From assembly GCA_951406725.2 (NCBI GenBank), contig OX597831.1:22444001-22508000 (forward strand): 64,000 bases of DNA, given 5' to 3'. The notes beneath the pieces were generated by a model. That model saw only the letters and a list, made by a program, of their open reading frames with translations. It searched no databases and was not told the origin of the DNA. Positions within the stretch are counted from its first letter, which is position 1. Each line of letters opens with the position of its first letter. The translations under genes and the position numbers were made by a program. Origin of the DNA: Octopus vulgaris (taxonomy: Eukaryota). Positions 28,279 to 43,681 of this stretch are shown here, in pieces.

Positions 28279-29137
28279 TATATATATATGCACACACACA
28301 CATATATATGCATGTAAGCATATATATATATATATATATGCGTGTGTGTGTGTGCACGTATGTATGTATGCATACGTATGTATGCATACACAAATTAAAT
28401 AAATGACAAGACACAATTTTTGTGTAATGAACAATTATATTATGTAATGTTCATTAAATAAATTCTTGTTCGCTTCTCATTTATTTAATTTCTTCTTTCA
28501 CTGTGCATTTCTGGAGCATGTCTATATTGAATTCTTAGTTATTAGCGCTGTACGCCTAAGTGAATTATTGAAAAAAAATATATATGTATAATTTTAAGTG
28601 TATCTCCAAAGTATTTTTGTGGAATTTAGAGCTAACATTGAAAGTCACGACGTTTCTTAAACGAATATGTCCATGTAAGTAATGCGATCGAATATAGGAA
28701 AATAGAGAATAGATGTATATACTTATTTCGGGAGTTATTGTTCCTTTCTCAGTGCCACATAAACTTGTGAAGTATCCGAAAATACATTGTACATATAACC
28801 AAGAAGTTTGGCGGAGTAACATTATTGAATAGACCAATTTACATATATTAAACACATTCCTGGCAAATGGTACGTAAGTATTAATTACTGGTAGGGACAT
28901 TATATTTAATTTTGAAACCGTAATATTCTACTAAATATATTAAAGGTTTATAAGCCAATAGTGTATCCTCCTTCTGTGTCAGCAGTGCGTTGATTTCATT
29001 TTAAAGATTATCGCGACAGACTTTTCTATAAAATTTAGAGCCAACACTGAACGTTATGACGTTTCGTATTTCAATACGTGTAAGGAATATTATCGAAGAA
29101 TTATTTGTTAATAATTATTAATGCAGGCAAAATAAGC

Positions 29138-29400
<263 letters not shown>

Positions 29401-30427
29401 GTCTTTCTCACTCTTAGTTTGACGCTTGGGAAAAATGAAAAAATCTTTTAGGTTTAGAGCCTACGCTCTTCAGCAGGAAGGAATAAGTGGAAATAAACAC
29501 AGAGAGAATGAAAAAACGTGTAGAGTTCAGTAGTCCAGCATGGCAGATGATTTTATACACACACACACACACATGAATATTTGTACGTATATATCGTGAA
29601 TAGCAAGTATTATGAAGAACAAAATATAAGAACCCAACGTATATGGTAGAACGAAACATTATTTTGTAGCTAACAACTCTATAATTTATGTTTCGTGTTT
29701 CTAACAATTTCCTTGCATGTAGTCTCTCACGTATGAGATAGGAACTTCGTTACAAATATCAGTCTCAGATAAATATAGAGACAAAGAACTGCTGCGAGGA
29801 AATATATTTGTCAAGAGTTAAATTGTTTTATCCGACTGAAACGTTCGATATTTGAATTGAAAATACGGGTTTAAAATCCATATTTAGTACCAATTAGTCT
29901 GTCAGTCTTCAACTAAACTATACCGTAATGCGTTTGGGCCGGAAGTAGGAAATTCATTTCGTAGCGTCTACTGACACTTTAAATATTAAGTCTTCCCAAT
30001 GCTTTTCCGATTTTTGTTGAGCGATGAAGAAGCTCGAAGAGTGGAGCCATGATTTCCTCTTTAATATCCGAGTGAATACTGGACTTTTCCCATGATTATT
30101 TAACCTGACTGATGAACATATTGATGCGCAAGATCACGGACGGAATATTCATCTGCGGATCCAAAGCTTGCTGTGGCTGGATTCTTGAAAAATCACGGCA
30201 ATAATCAGTGACACTCTCACTAATGTAACTGGCGTTTGATTTAAATGTTGAAAGACCTTTCAGACAGAGTTACAAACATCACCAAAGGTTTAGAACATTT
30301 TTCAACAATTTAAATTTATACGCCAAGCCCAATTCAATTCAAATATATACAAGGCAGAGACACACTCACCACCTAAACGATCCAATGCTTCAATTAGAAG
30401 ATATTAGGCAAGTACATCTCTACCTTG

Positions 30428-30670
30428 TGGAGGCGCGTGGTTAGGGTGTCAGCATCATGATCGCAAGATTGTGGTTTCGATTCCTGGACCGGGCGACGCG
30501 TTGTGTTCTTTAGCAAAACAATTCATTTCACGTTGCTCCAGTCCACTCAGCTGGTAAAAATGAGTAACGCTGCGGTGGACTGGCGTCCCGTCCAGCTGGG
30601 GGATGCATACGCCATAGAAACCGGTAAACCGGGTCCATGAGCCTGGCTAGGTTTTAAAAGGGCACATTTA
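30428..30670 (+). mobile_element. tRNA-derived SINE family D (body TTGTGTTCTT…TTCACGTTGCTCCAG)
   Basis: B-box GGTTTCGATTCC; body shared with 50607-50940; tail shared with the family C copy at 9160. Confidence 0.8.
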
Positions 30671-30874
30671 TTTAGTTATAACATCTCTACGTTGCATATA
30701 GAGAATGTCCATATTATCATGGTGCAATTTAAAGTACTTGCTTCTTTGTAATTATACATGGTGAGCCGGCAAAAATGTTAGCGCGCCGGGTGAAATGTTA
30801 AACTGTCTTTACGTTTTTGAGTTCGAAATTCGCCGAGGTCGACTTTGATGAACAGATTATTTCATTATTTTTTA

Positions 30875-31053
30875 GGCGTAGGAGTGGCTGTGTGGTAAGT
30901 AGCTTGCTTACGAACCACATGGTTCCGTGTTCAGTCCCACTGCGTGGCATTTCTACTATAGCCTCGGGCCGACCAAAGCCTTGTGAGTGGATTTGGTAGA
31001 CGGAACTAAAAGAGGCCCGTCGTATATATGTATGTATATATATAAATATATAT

Positions 31054-31123
<70 letters not shown>

Positions 31124-31320
31124 ATACGTTTGTGTGACTGTGTTTGTCCCCCCATCGCTTGACAACCGATGCTGGTGTGTTTACGTCCCCGTAACCTAGC
31201 GGCTCGACAAAAGAGTCCGTAGAATAAGTCCTAGACTCGATTTACTCGACCTAAGTCGGTGCTCCAGCATGGCCGCAGTCAAATGACTGAAACAAGTAAA
31301 AGAGTAAAAGAGTGAAAGAG
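30875..31320 (+). mobile_element. SINE family A, full length
   Basis: Head, internal microsatellite and (GTAAAAGA)n tail. Confidence 0.9.
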
Positions 31321-31389
31321 GGTAGAATTTAACTGTAAAAAAGGATAAGAAAGAAGAATGACATAGATCTTGTATTTATCTTGTTAATT

Positions 31390-31785
31390 TGTAATATGTC
31401 CACCAATCATTACTTATTCAAAGAGAAATACGATTCTGCAGTTGTCGGAAGACATTTTCCAGCTGATTTTCAGTTATCGGTTATCCTTGCTTTAAAGTCT
31501 TCTAAAGATTGAAGCTTAGCTGAATAAGCAATACTTTTCACATGTTCCCATAAAAAGAAATTCAATGGAGTCAAATCTGGTTAGCGTGGAGGCCGAAATA
31601 ATAGTCCACTGCTTTCATTCCATCTGTTAGGGAATTTCACATTTAGTAACTGCCTAACATATAGAGGAAGGTGACAAGATGCACCATCTGGTTGAAAAAC
31701 TGCATTTTCTATCAGTTCTAATTGATCAAGTTTAGGAATGAAGTAATTTTGTAGCATTACCCCGTGACTTTATGGACCCCTTGTA
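31390..31785 (-). mobile_element. Tc1/mariner-superfamily transposase remnant (maT/DD37D-like)
   Basis: Minus-strand translation gives VFQPDGASCH and RPPR*PDLTPLNFFLWEH (compare FQQDGAP.H and WPPRSPDLTPLDFFLWG); TIR-like end …TTTATGGACCCCTTG|TA. Confidence 0.75.
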
Positions 31786-33769
31786 TTTGGACCGAACTGC
31801 ACCTGAGGACGACAATTCTAATTTTCCAAAAAATGTTCCGAACTTTTGGCCACCTATCATTGAGACTGTCTCAATTTGACCTCCTGTGTTTTTAATACAA
31901 GCTTACAGATGAGAAGCATCACTGCAGATAAGTCTGACTCAATTTAGTCTATTTGATACAAGCATAGCGATGGGGAGCATTATAGTATTTGTCTGAATTT
32001 GACCATTTGGATATTTGATACGAGCTTCGTGGGGCGGAGCGTCAAGTAGTTTCATATGATCGAGGTTTAATTCAAATATATTAGACTTAAATCGTCTACT
32101 TCAATCTTCCTGTGTTCAGACAGTACAATCTCTGCAATTTGGAGGAATGGGAGCAAATCGACTACATTGACCTCAGTGCTTGAACGTTATTTTATTTTAT
32201 CTACCTCCAAAGAATGACAAGCGATGTCAATCTAGGCTGGATTTAAACTCAAAACATAATGAGTCGGAAGAAATGATGCTAAGCATTTTGTCCAACGTGC
32301 CAACAATTCTGCCTGTTCGCTGCCTTTGAGATTATGTTGCAAAATAAAATATGAATGAGATATATTGTTGACCTGTGAGTAATATAACATAACCTCGAAG
32401 CAAAAACTAAAATTTTCTGCACTTTCTTAATAATTTAGACAGCCATAATTGATCGAATTGCTAAGAGATTTGGTTCTGAGTGCTGCATCATTAGTTCTAA
32501 AGTGTAATGGAACTTCAGGTAAAATATGTGAGAAAGAAACAGGTATTGATTATAGAAATATTTAGGAGAATGATTACCGTCTTGGCGTTGTTTTCGCAAT
32601 GGAAAATTCGGATTTAGTGATGATAGGGGTTGGATTATTTGCGAGAAAGGAGACGCTCATATGGAGACGTTACTAAACAAGCCTAGTTATTTTGTTATTG
32701 TTTAATTAGATGTCAGTTAAGGAGAAAGTTTCAAGTACTGAGGGGCAGGTTGAAGAAGATTATTTTCAATTTTTAGATAGATATTTAGCAGAGAAGATAT
32801 CTGTCATTGGTCAAAGTGATATTCGCTGCCTTAGTAAGTGAATTAAATGTAGCCAACATCAACTTTTTGATGTCAATTTTTCTCCTTATGACAATAAAAT
32901 CATTGATCATGCTGGAGGTGTACCTCCCTGATATTGTTTGTAATATAGCACTCAACACTCTTTGAAAAGTTGCTCGGATAACAGACCTCCACCTCCCGCG
33001 AAAGGGGAATTCTTATAAATTGAAATAACCATTGATCAGCTTGAAATACAGTGTTTCTCTTATCGTTCTCATTTTCTCCACAACTAATTAGAAATTAGAC
33101 GAGGTCAAAGTTTGATTTATTGGAAAGAGATAAAACGTCTTTCTAAATATAAATTAATAGCGGAAAATTTAATTCCCGTCGATACATAATAGTTATTTAT
33201 TATACTAGATTATCCATATAAACACAGACACACTCATAGATACAGACATACATGCCTATCCTCATACGTTATAAAGCCGTCTCTTATCGCCATTGCGGAA
33301 TGGAATCTGATAGCATACTGCTTTCATATCCAGTTTGGTTTGTTGTAGAATTTATTGTCGGGAATAAAATACAACTCATGTGATCTTCAATATTAGGAAG
33401 TGGAAAGGCAACCAGCAAACAGTAACGAGTTATCGTTTGTGAAAAGTCAATAAAAATAATGCGTTGTTTATCATTGCTTCTTAATGTTGCAACTTGTACA
33501 GGCCATGGAGAGAGAATGGGAGCTGAATAAAGGAGACATCACCAAGAAGTCGTTTAGCGTCTTTCAAAAAGATTTTGTTATGCTCAGAATTTTCAAAGCA
33601 TAGAATAAATTACCCAGATCGGTTATGAGCTGCCAGGATACTGTAACCTTCCAAAATTCCACGCTTCCTGACATTCGCAAACACTACTTTTGATATGTCT
33701 AAGCACCTCTTCCTTTTCTAATGTTAAATTTTCTGAATTTTAGCGTTTTATTCTGTGAACTATGCCTAT

Positions 33770-34100
33770 GAGATCACACCCGGAACGAGAAGATCAGAGA
33801 TTAAACTGGAATGAAGGACGTCGTGTCGAAGAATGCCACCATGCTTTGCGTGGTTGTATTCTGCGACAGCGTCCTTCATGGGCTGGTCACGTCACTGGTC
33901 ATGTCGCAAGGTTCACAGACAATCGTGTGAACGGAGGAGACCATTCGGAATGCCTCCAATCAGGTGGGAAGACGATTTAAGAAAGGTATTTGGAACAGCA
34001 TAGAGGAGAGAGGCGAGAGCACGAGGGGAACGGAGCAAGTGCTGTAGCCAGCGGAGCCGACATGACACCAGGCAGCCTGGCCGATCTAGGTAATCCAGGT
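33770..34100 (+). mobile_element. Degenerate RTE-clade LINE 3' fragment
   Basis: WAGHV…GHVARFTDNR, then RRPFGMPPIRW in another frame, typical of the RTE ORF C-terminus. Confidence 0.65.
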
Positions 34101-34399
34101 GACTATACCTGCAATTTGGGCAATTAATCCTGTCTTCCTATACGTGATTTGTTTCTGGTTTCCGCCCCTTCTTATACCCATTTCAGATGTGTTGTAAAGC
34201 ACCTGAATACCATGTACAATAAACTCATAATGATTATTTTAATAAACTTCATCATCCATCGATGTGGTTGAACAACCAATCCCAAACAGTCGAGCTCCAC
34301 ATATGTATAGGCTGTGCGATTCATCTCTTCGATCACGGAATACATAATGTGACTTGTGAGACCTCCGCTCGACTGATTTCCCCCTGTCACCATCTTGTC

Positions 34400-34550
34400 C
34401 TTTTAAGGCAATCTGGCACACGTTTACCTACCTACTGCTGAATGGACAGGAGCAAAAGGAAATGAAGTATTTTGCTCAAGGACACAGCACGCAGCCGGTC
34501 TGGGAATTGAAACCATGAACTCACGATCGCAAGCGCAACACTTTGACCCC
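34400..34550 (-). mobile_element. Degenerate SINE family D head and body
   Basis: TTGCTCAAGGACACAGCACGCAGCCGGTCTGGGAATTGAA, similar to 50845-50890. Confidence 0.65.
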
Positions 34551-34615
34551 TTAATCATCCGTGTCTATCTGTCTGGCTTGCTGTCTATCTCTCTAGCTAT
34601 ATATTTCTCTCTCCA

Positions 34616-34835
34616 AGGCGGCGAGATGGCAGAAACGTTAGCGCGCCGGGCGAAATGCTTAGCGGTATTTCGCCTGTCGTTACGTTGTGAGTTCAAATTC
34701 CGCCGAGGTCGACTTTGACTTTCATCCTTCCGGGATCAATAAATAAAGTACCAATTTCGCACTGGGGTCGATGTAATCGACTTAATCCCTTTGTCTGTCC
34801 CCTCTATGTTTAGCCCCTTGTGTGTAGTAAAGAAA
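34616..34835 (+). mobile_element. SINE family B monomer
   Basis: AGGCGGCGAGATGGCAGAAACGTTAGCGCGCCGGGCG…GAGTTCAAATTCC…AAAGAAATA. Confidence 0.9.
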
Positions 34836-35872
34836 TATATATATTTCTCTCTCCCCTCTCTCTCTCGTCCACACATAGACACACACACACACACACACAC
34901 TATCTCTCCCTTTCCTTCAGCCTATCTAGCGAACCCTGTGTCTGTCTCTTTACATATTTAAGTATCAAACTGTATATATATATATATATATGTATTTATA
35001 TATAACAGAGAAAGGAAAAGCAGGTGGGATTTATGAGCAATTAGCGTTAATTTAAGCGCTGGGTTCAATTCTAGCGGCGTTAAACTTCCGGGAGCCTATA
35101 AAAAAGCAACAGACCAGGGCAATGAATCGGGGAAATTGTGAGATCGTTGAATGGGATGCATTGAACTACGTATTCCGGTTTTCTACGGCCTCACGAAACC
35201 ACCTGCTTGGAAGCTGGTTACAAGTTGCACCAGACTTGTCTTTCACTTGGGAAAATCATTTGTGGCATGGAGTAAAAAGACATGCAAGTATAAGTAACTG
35301 AATCGTTATTTTCCGATAAGAGTTTTACCTACGACTGCACTTTGATGTCGTGGGTGATTCGTCGCCGATACTGAATGATGAAGGAGGACTTAGATTCTGT
35401 TTGTTACGAAAGAAGAAAAAAAAAGTTTTAGTTCTGATCAGTCTCCTGTTAAACACACTTAGGATATCTAATGATGCTTGGAGATCAAAATATATAGTAT
35501 AGATATAAATAAAATTATATATATATTTATGTTGTTATTTCTTGTTGTTTGTATTCGTACTTGTGTACCATGTTCTCCGTTTTTTCTTTTGTTTATTTGT
35601 TTTTTTTGTGCTTGTTGCCGTTCACATTCGCTAGCTTTCTTACAAAGGGGTTTAATTCTCTTAGCTTAGACATTTTTTGGGGAAACTAGATCGAATCATC
35701 GCAAGTGTAACTGCCCGAATTGGTCGTCACTTCTGGAACTTGACTGAGGAAAGAAAGCCACGAATAACCTGTCTTTTTTTGGCCTGTCCTTCTAATTGTT
35801 TTTTCTCTTGTCCGCCTTAGTATCGTCTATCCGTCCGAATGTTTTAATGTCCTCTATTGCGTTTTTGTTCCA

Positions 35873-35943
<71 letters not shown>

Positions 35944-35946
<3 letters not shown>

Positions 35947-36099
35947 ATTTTAAGCAGCAGAAAATTCAACAAAATCTGTTACTCTGAGTTTCTCGTTGCC
36001 GTTCATCAGACAGTTTTTGCTAGCAAAAACTGTCTGATGAACGGCAACGAGAAACTCAGAGTAACAGATTTTGTTGAATTTTCTGCTGCTTAAAATAAA
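35944..36099. repeat. Perfect 156-bp palindrome (78-bp arms, no spacer)
   Basis: Centred on GCT|AGC at 36021/36022; the arms are complementary at every position I compared. Confidence 0.95.
36030..36067 (+). ncRNA. Minimal hammerhead ribozyme (mirror copy at 35976-36013 on minus strand)
   Basis: ctgt-CTGATGA-a-cg-GCAA-cg-a-GAAA-ctcagag-TA-acag. Helix I 4 bp, weak GNRA-capped helix II, GUA triplet. Confidence 0.7.
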
Positions 36100-36169
36100 G
36101 CATATTACTCTACCACTGGTATTTGAGTACTCTTTTTTCCACCTTGTTTCACATTTATGTGTTTACTCC

Positions 36170-36206
<37 letters not shown>

Positions 36207-36339
36207 CATTGCTATATACCAGTTCCGGCTATGCGATGGTGGAAATCATTAGACTGTTGCTAGATGTTATACCGACCGCTGGATCTGTTAAATGGAGGGC
36301 ATATTTGAACCCAAAAATTAGAACATATCGGTATCAAGT

Positions 36340-36379
<40 letters not shown>

Positions 36380-36604
36380 AGAAACAGAGAGAGAGAGAGA
36401 GAGAGAGTCCGGGTGCGAGAGATAGATAAATAGAGAAAGAGAGAGAAACAGACAGATAGATGACAGCATACAGTTGCATGCGCAGTGAGAGCCAGCCGTG
36501 GCCTTTATGAGGCAGTGTGTTGAATGACATCGCTGTGTTTACTTCGCAAGTTTTGAAATTTGCGTTTTTGTGATCACGTGTATGCTGAAGTCTGCGATTT
36601 TGTC

Positions 36605-37778
<1,174 letters not shown>

Positions 37779-38363
37779 TTTTTATGTCTGTATGTCTGTA
37801 TAGATGTATGTATGTATATAATTATTATATCCATATATACATTAAATAGCTGAAGTTAATAGTCTAGGAAATAATCATGTTTAATATCAATAAGTCATGT
37901 CATAACTTTGAACATTTAAACAGACACAGGAAATTTGAAGTCTAATGACATCACTCTGGACATGGTCATTTTAGGGCCAATCGATTTGACCTCTGACACA
38001 CTTCATGTGAATAGCCACTAACCAGACGCTGAACCAGCGACTATTGTGGCAGATACAGCTATTAACCAATCAACTTGGCCATTAGTAAGTCTTCTGCATA
38101 CGTATTCTTACATATACATATATACGCACGCACACACGCTCACATATATTGAAACACACATACCCACACAATTATTATATGTGCATCTTGTATGTATGTG
38201 CATCTTGTATGTATGTATGTATGTATGTATGTATGTATGTATGTATGTATGTATGTATGTATGTATGTATGTATGTATATATGTATGTATGTATGTACCT
38301 ACGTACGTACATATCTGATTTTCCTATCTGTTCATGATTTATACGTTTCTATCTATCTATCTA

Positions 38364-38448
<85 letters not shown>

Positions 38449-38928
38449 GTCTGTCTATGTATGTATACATATATATGTACAAGCACACACACACATATAT
38501 ATATATTGTATATATATATGTGTGTATGTATATATATATATATTCATATATATGTGTATATACATATATATATATTTATATATATATATAGAAATATATA
38601 GAAATACGTAAACATATACACATACACACGCACACACACACACACACATATATCAATGTATATATATATATACACACATGACAGCTATAAACAATTTTTT
38701 GTGGTCTAAGAAATAGCCAGTCATGTAACAACGTCTTGCCAAGAAACTCGAGACTTTCTAGATTTGACAGCTGAACTTGGACTTTTAAAGTAACTTAGAT
38801 ATTGATTTATGTGAGCGTCTTACATATGTACACACACACCTACATACATACATACATACATACATACATACATACAAACACACATGTTTGAATGTACATG
38901 CACATATATATATACACGCATTTCTCTC

Positions 38929-38973
<45 letters not shown>

Positions 38974-39293
38974 GTATATATATATATGTATATATATGTA
39001 TATATATATATATACATAAATCTATATATGTATATATATATATATATGAATATATATATATATATAAATGTATATATGTATATATACATACGTATATACA
39101 TATATTCATACATATATATATATTTATACATATATATATCCATACATATACATATATATATGTATATATGTAAAGTATGTATAAAGATATATAAGTATAT
39201 ACATGCACGTATACATTTATATGTGCGTGCGTGCATGTGTGTATGTGGATGTAAGAGAGACGGGGAGAGAGAGCGGCCGAGGGAGAGAGAGAG

Positions 39294-39359
<66 letters not shown>

Positions 39360-39917
39360 CAAAAGAGGTGAAGCCATTTGTTAATACTATGGAAAAACTA
39401 ATGTCCTGGCTATAGAACCAAATAATTTGACCTTGGCTTTTCTGTATCATTTGGTGGTACTTTCTGTGATGGAATCTTGCCAAAAGTATCTCAGTCTGTC
39501 ACGCTTCGCGACAAACAGACATTTAAATATCATTTACCATAATGTATGACGTAGACATGACGTAATGCGCACTTAGCGGAGGAAGTGAAGGAAACTGACA
39601 AAATTGTTTATATATTGTTTTTGTACCTCTCCCGCTATTGCAGCGACTGTTGTCCCGGTGTTGCTGTTGTTATTGGTTTTGTCATTGTTATAGAGCTTTA
39701 GGTAAGCGCTGATCTAATAGACCTCTAATAAAAGATGTTCCGTACGTGAACATCCCTTGTTTTATTCAGATAGCGTGTCTTGTCTTCAAGTGTTTTGTTC
39801 CATTCAAACGCAGTACGTAAAGAGAGAAAGCTGACGTTTCGGAAAAAAAAATTTGTCAGGTGGAAGTTATATTTCATTGTGTGTATCCACGACTATGTTA
39901 TACAAGCTACTCTTCTT

Positions 39918-40215
<298 letters not shown>

Positions 40216-40222
40216 CATTATT

Positions 40223-40776
40223 GAGTGAGAGAGCGGTGCATGCCATCAAAGTGACGCTGGGGTGAAATATGCGAAGCCCAGTACACCCGTCATGACTACC
40301 CGTCTGATAAGAGTACACTAGGCATCTGCAGCACAAACATATGTGCGCGACATGGTGATCTCATATCAAGATAAACGGTCATGACCTTGCAGGTGGGGCC
40401 CACTTAGAATTTTCTTCTGGTTGAGTAACCCATCCCGCTCAAATGGTCCCTGAATAAGGGTTGTTTAAGAATGTTGAACGAAACACCCATGTTTCCAAAG
40501 GTGAATTATTCAAACCCCAAAGAATCCCTCTCAACATATGGCTATGATACTCCCCCACTACTTCTGCACGTGATCAGAGATGCACATATCGTCAGCGACC
40601 AAGGGACATGCTCAACTTGTTAAGGTCAAACAACTAACAAGCAAATTGTGGTATAGAGCAGAATATTTTTCTGTAGCCCATCTTTTATACCAAGACAAAA
40701 CAATGTACATGATAACACTTCGAATCAGTTAAGATCAGAAGCCATGAGAGCCACTGCCTGGTACTGCATCAGGGCA
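40223..40776 (-). mobile_element. ~550-bp non-coding element inserted in (TAA)n, copy 1
   Basis: Reverse complement aligns end-to-end with 53901-54444; both copies are flanked on each side by (TAA)n. Confidence 0.85.
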
Positions 40777-40799
40777 TATATTATTATTATCATTATTAC

Positions 40800-40847
<48 letters not shown>

Positions 40848-40854
<7 letters not shown>

Positions 40855-40922
40855 ACTGCCTGGAATCGAACTCGGAAACTTGGAGTTAGTAGCCCACGCT
40901 CTTAACCACTACGCCATATGTC
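40848..40922 (-). mobile_element. tRNA-derived head (SINE-like or pseudo-tRNA)
   Basis: Minus strand GGACATATGGCGTAGTGGTTAAGAGCGTGGGC…GAGTTCGATTCCAGGC: A and B boxes present, no clean cloverleaf. Confidence 0.6.
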
Positions 40923-41344
40923 CGTGTAAATAACGTAAATAATGTACATAATTCCTCATCTCTTAAATATAGAACTGTACTACTCTTCTTTTTTGTTGAC
41001 TCCTTTTTCCAATCAGGACTCATTAGCCACAAAGAACAATCTCTAATTCGAGCCTGCTCTAAGCTACTAAGAATGCGTGTGGCAACTTGAAGATCCACCC
41101 ACCACACACGATAGACTGGTGGTTGCACGGACGCGAAAGCTACGTTGTTATTCTCATTCCGTAAACGTTGGCTTTTAACGGGTGGAGAGCTGAACCATCC
41201 TGGGGTACAGAGGATTCGCAATCTAGACTAGGGTCTGTAAGTTTACCACACCATAGTGGATTATACCATGGTTCCACTGCTTTGTGGCAGAAGTAGATAG
41301 AAAGAGTGAGAGAATTTGTGGTACCAAGGGGTTCACTATCCCGG

Positions 41345-41714
41345 CCCGCCTTAGCCTCATGGAGCTTAGGTGTTTTGCTCAATAAACTCTCACAATGCCC
41401 GGTCTGGGAATCGAAACCGCTGCCCTAACCACTCCTAACCAGTCCTATTTCTTTATTACCCACAAGGGGCTAAACACAGAGGGGACAAACAAGGACAGAC
41501 ATAGGTATTAAGTCGATTACATCGACCCCAGTGCGTAACTGGTACTTAATTTATCGACCCCGAAAGGATGAAAGGCAAAGTCGACCTCGGCGGAATTTGA
41601 ACTCAGAACGTAACGCAGACGAAATACCGCTCAGCATTTCGCCCGGCGTGCTAACGTTTCTGCCACCACTCCTAACCAGTCCGCTACACTAACCACTGGG
41701 CCATTGCGCCTCCA
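41345..41714 (-). mobile_element. SINE family C disrupted by a family B insertion (41444-41666)
   Basis: The family B copy is flanked by a direct repeat ACCACTCCTAACCAGTCC inside the family C head. Confidence 0.85.
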
Positions 41715-42370
41715 CCCTTTGTTGCTGTTGTCTCTTAACCCTAGTTTGGCTTTAATCAAGTTGACTTATAATCGTATATTCTATTGCAGAGTATTTACTA
41801 GAAAGCACCGCTTCCTATGTTTTAAGCTACAACAGTAAAATTGAAATACACCAAAGCTGCGGTTTTGGGAACATTGGATCGATATTGCATGTAACAAACT
41901 ACCACTATAATAAATTGTGAAATTAGTTGACATGATCGAACAATACACTTCCAGGAAGTGCCCCAGCATGACCATAAATCATAGGATTGACACTAACCAA
42001 CTAACCTATAAAGTTTAAATCGTTACAAATTCAGCAAATACGGAAAAAGTTATACGTCAGCTGATAATATTGAAAAGTAAGAAACTGTCGTGTTGTATCT
42101 CTAGTTATCATCACCAACGAAGAAGGAATAATCGACAGCGGCTTTTTGTTGTTTATTTTTTAAACTATTCTAATCACATGAGTGAGCACAATTTTGTTTA
42201 GTTTTTGTTTGTGTTGCTTTTTTTTGCGTTAATAAGTATTAATTATTAATTATTCTTCGATTAAGACGATTAGCTAACCTCTCCTGGGAGAGCTGTCGCG
42301 ACACATCGTGACTACTTGGCGATAGTCTGAACCGAGTGCTAACGAAGTACCAATAGTTATCTAGCAGTTA

Positions 42371-42414
<44 letters not shown>

Positions 42415-42601
42415 GTGCGCGCACGCTCACATATAAAAGGGACTGTTTAAAACAAATACTTTTTAAAAGAGTTATAAAATCTTTTATCCGGATGTTCCTA
42501 AACTATTTTGGAAGAAGGTTTTCTCCTAGTGTGTGACCGCTTTCAAACAAAAATGCTCCTAGTTAACGTATATATGTAAGTATTTATATATATATATATA
42601 T

Positions 42602-42650
<49 letters not shown>

Positions 42651-42653
<3 letters not shown>

Positions 42654-43283
42654 TTATATATATAAAACTGAGAATGTGTGTCTGTCTGTCTGTGTGTTTC
42701 CCTAAAACTTGAGAACTACACCACCAATTTCATTCAAATTTTACACATGCCTTACTTAGGGTCCATGTAGTTTCATGGGCAAAAAAAAATGTTCAACTTC
42801 TTGCCTAGAGCGAGCCCATAGCAATATCATATCTTCTCTACTATTTCAGTATTACGTGTTAAAAGTGAAACAAAAATATTTCTCTATTTTAAGTCAGATG
42901 CTTTCACTTTAACAATAAAAATAATAATAACAATTGAATTATATGTAGTAAGTAATAATTAAAATCAAACTAAAGTATAATATAATCGTAACATAACAAA
43001 AGTAAAAATAGCAATTGGTATAAAATTGCATCAAGGATTTAAACTTGAATAACTGGTTTCACATGAATGGGAATAAATTAAAAATAAAATTAGCGTGCAG
43101 AAATGGAATAGTCCTACAATTCCAGTCTGTTATATATTTTCAGGTATTGTTATCACTAGCGATATCAAGATATAACTTTGTATTTTATGTGTAAATGTAT
43201 ATATATATAGATGTACATGTAATATGTACACACATATATATACACATATATACATACACTAGCAACGACGGGTCATAATGCTA

Positions 43284-43284
<1 letters not shown>
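42651..43284 (+). mobile_element. Non-autonomous Helitron-like element, copy 3 (both termini)
   Basis: Starts TCTTTATATATATAAAACTGAG and ends …GACGGGTCATAATGCTAG|T: 5' TC, 3' CTAG, no TSD seen. Confidence 0.8.
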
Positions 43285-43355
<71 letters not shown>

Positions 43356-43396
43356 GAAAGAATGGAGTTGAACGACGAATTAACAAAATTCCTTTA

Positions 43397-43479
43397 TTCT
43401 CGATATAAGTTTCGAAGGCTGCATATTCCTAATTTCGAAGGAATAAGGGGTGCATTATGCCGCCTTCTCATCAGGAAAA
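43397..43479 (-). ncRNA. Hammerhead ribozyme with extended helix II
   Basis: Minus strand: ttttc-CTGATGA-gaaggc-(insert with tattcct/aggaata hairpin)-gccttc-GAAA-cttata-TC-gagaa. Helix I 5 bp, helix II 6 bp, helix III mismatched. Confidence 0.75.
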
Positions 43480-43596
43480 GTAAGGAACTTATGTCGGCAT
43501 CAAGATGTAGCTTCAACCGTGTTTTTCTGACGTGAATTTGCTACCCAGGTATCGGTTAACCGAATTATCCATAATAAGATAATTCATTCAACTACT

Positions 43597-43681
<85 letters not shown>

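Noticed and set aside
32340-33100. Possible decayed LINE coding fragment
   Set aside because: Composition is suggestive, but I could not recover any diagnostic motif by eye.
37924-38090. Possible coding exon ending in GTAAGT
   Set aside because: Stop codons in all three forward frames; no recognisable homology.
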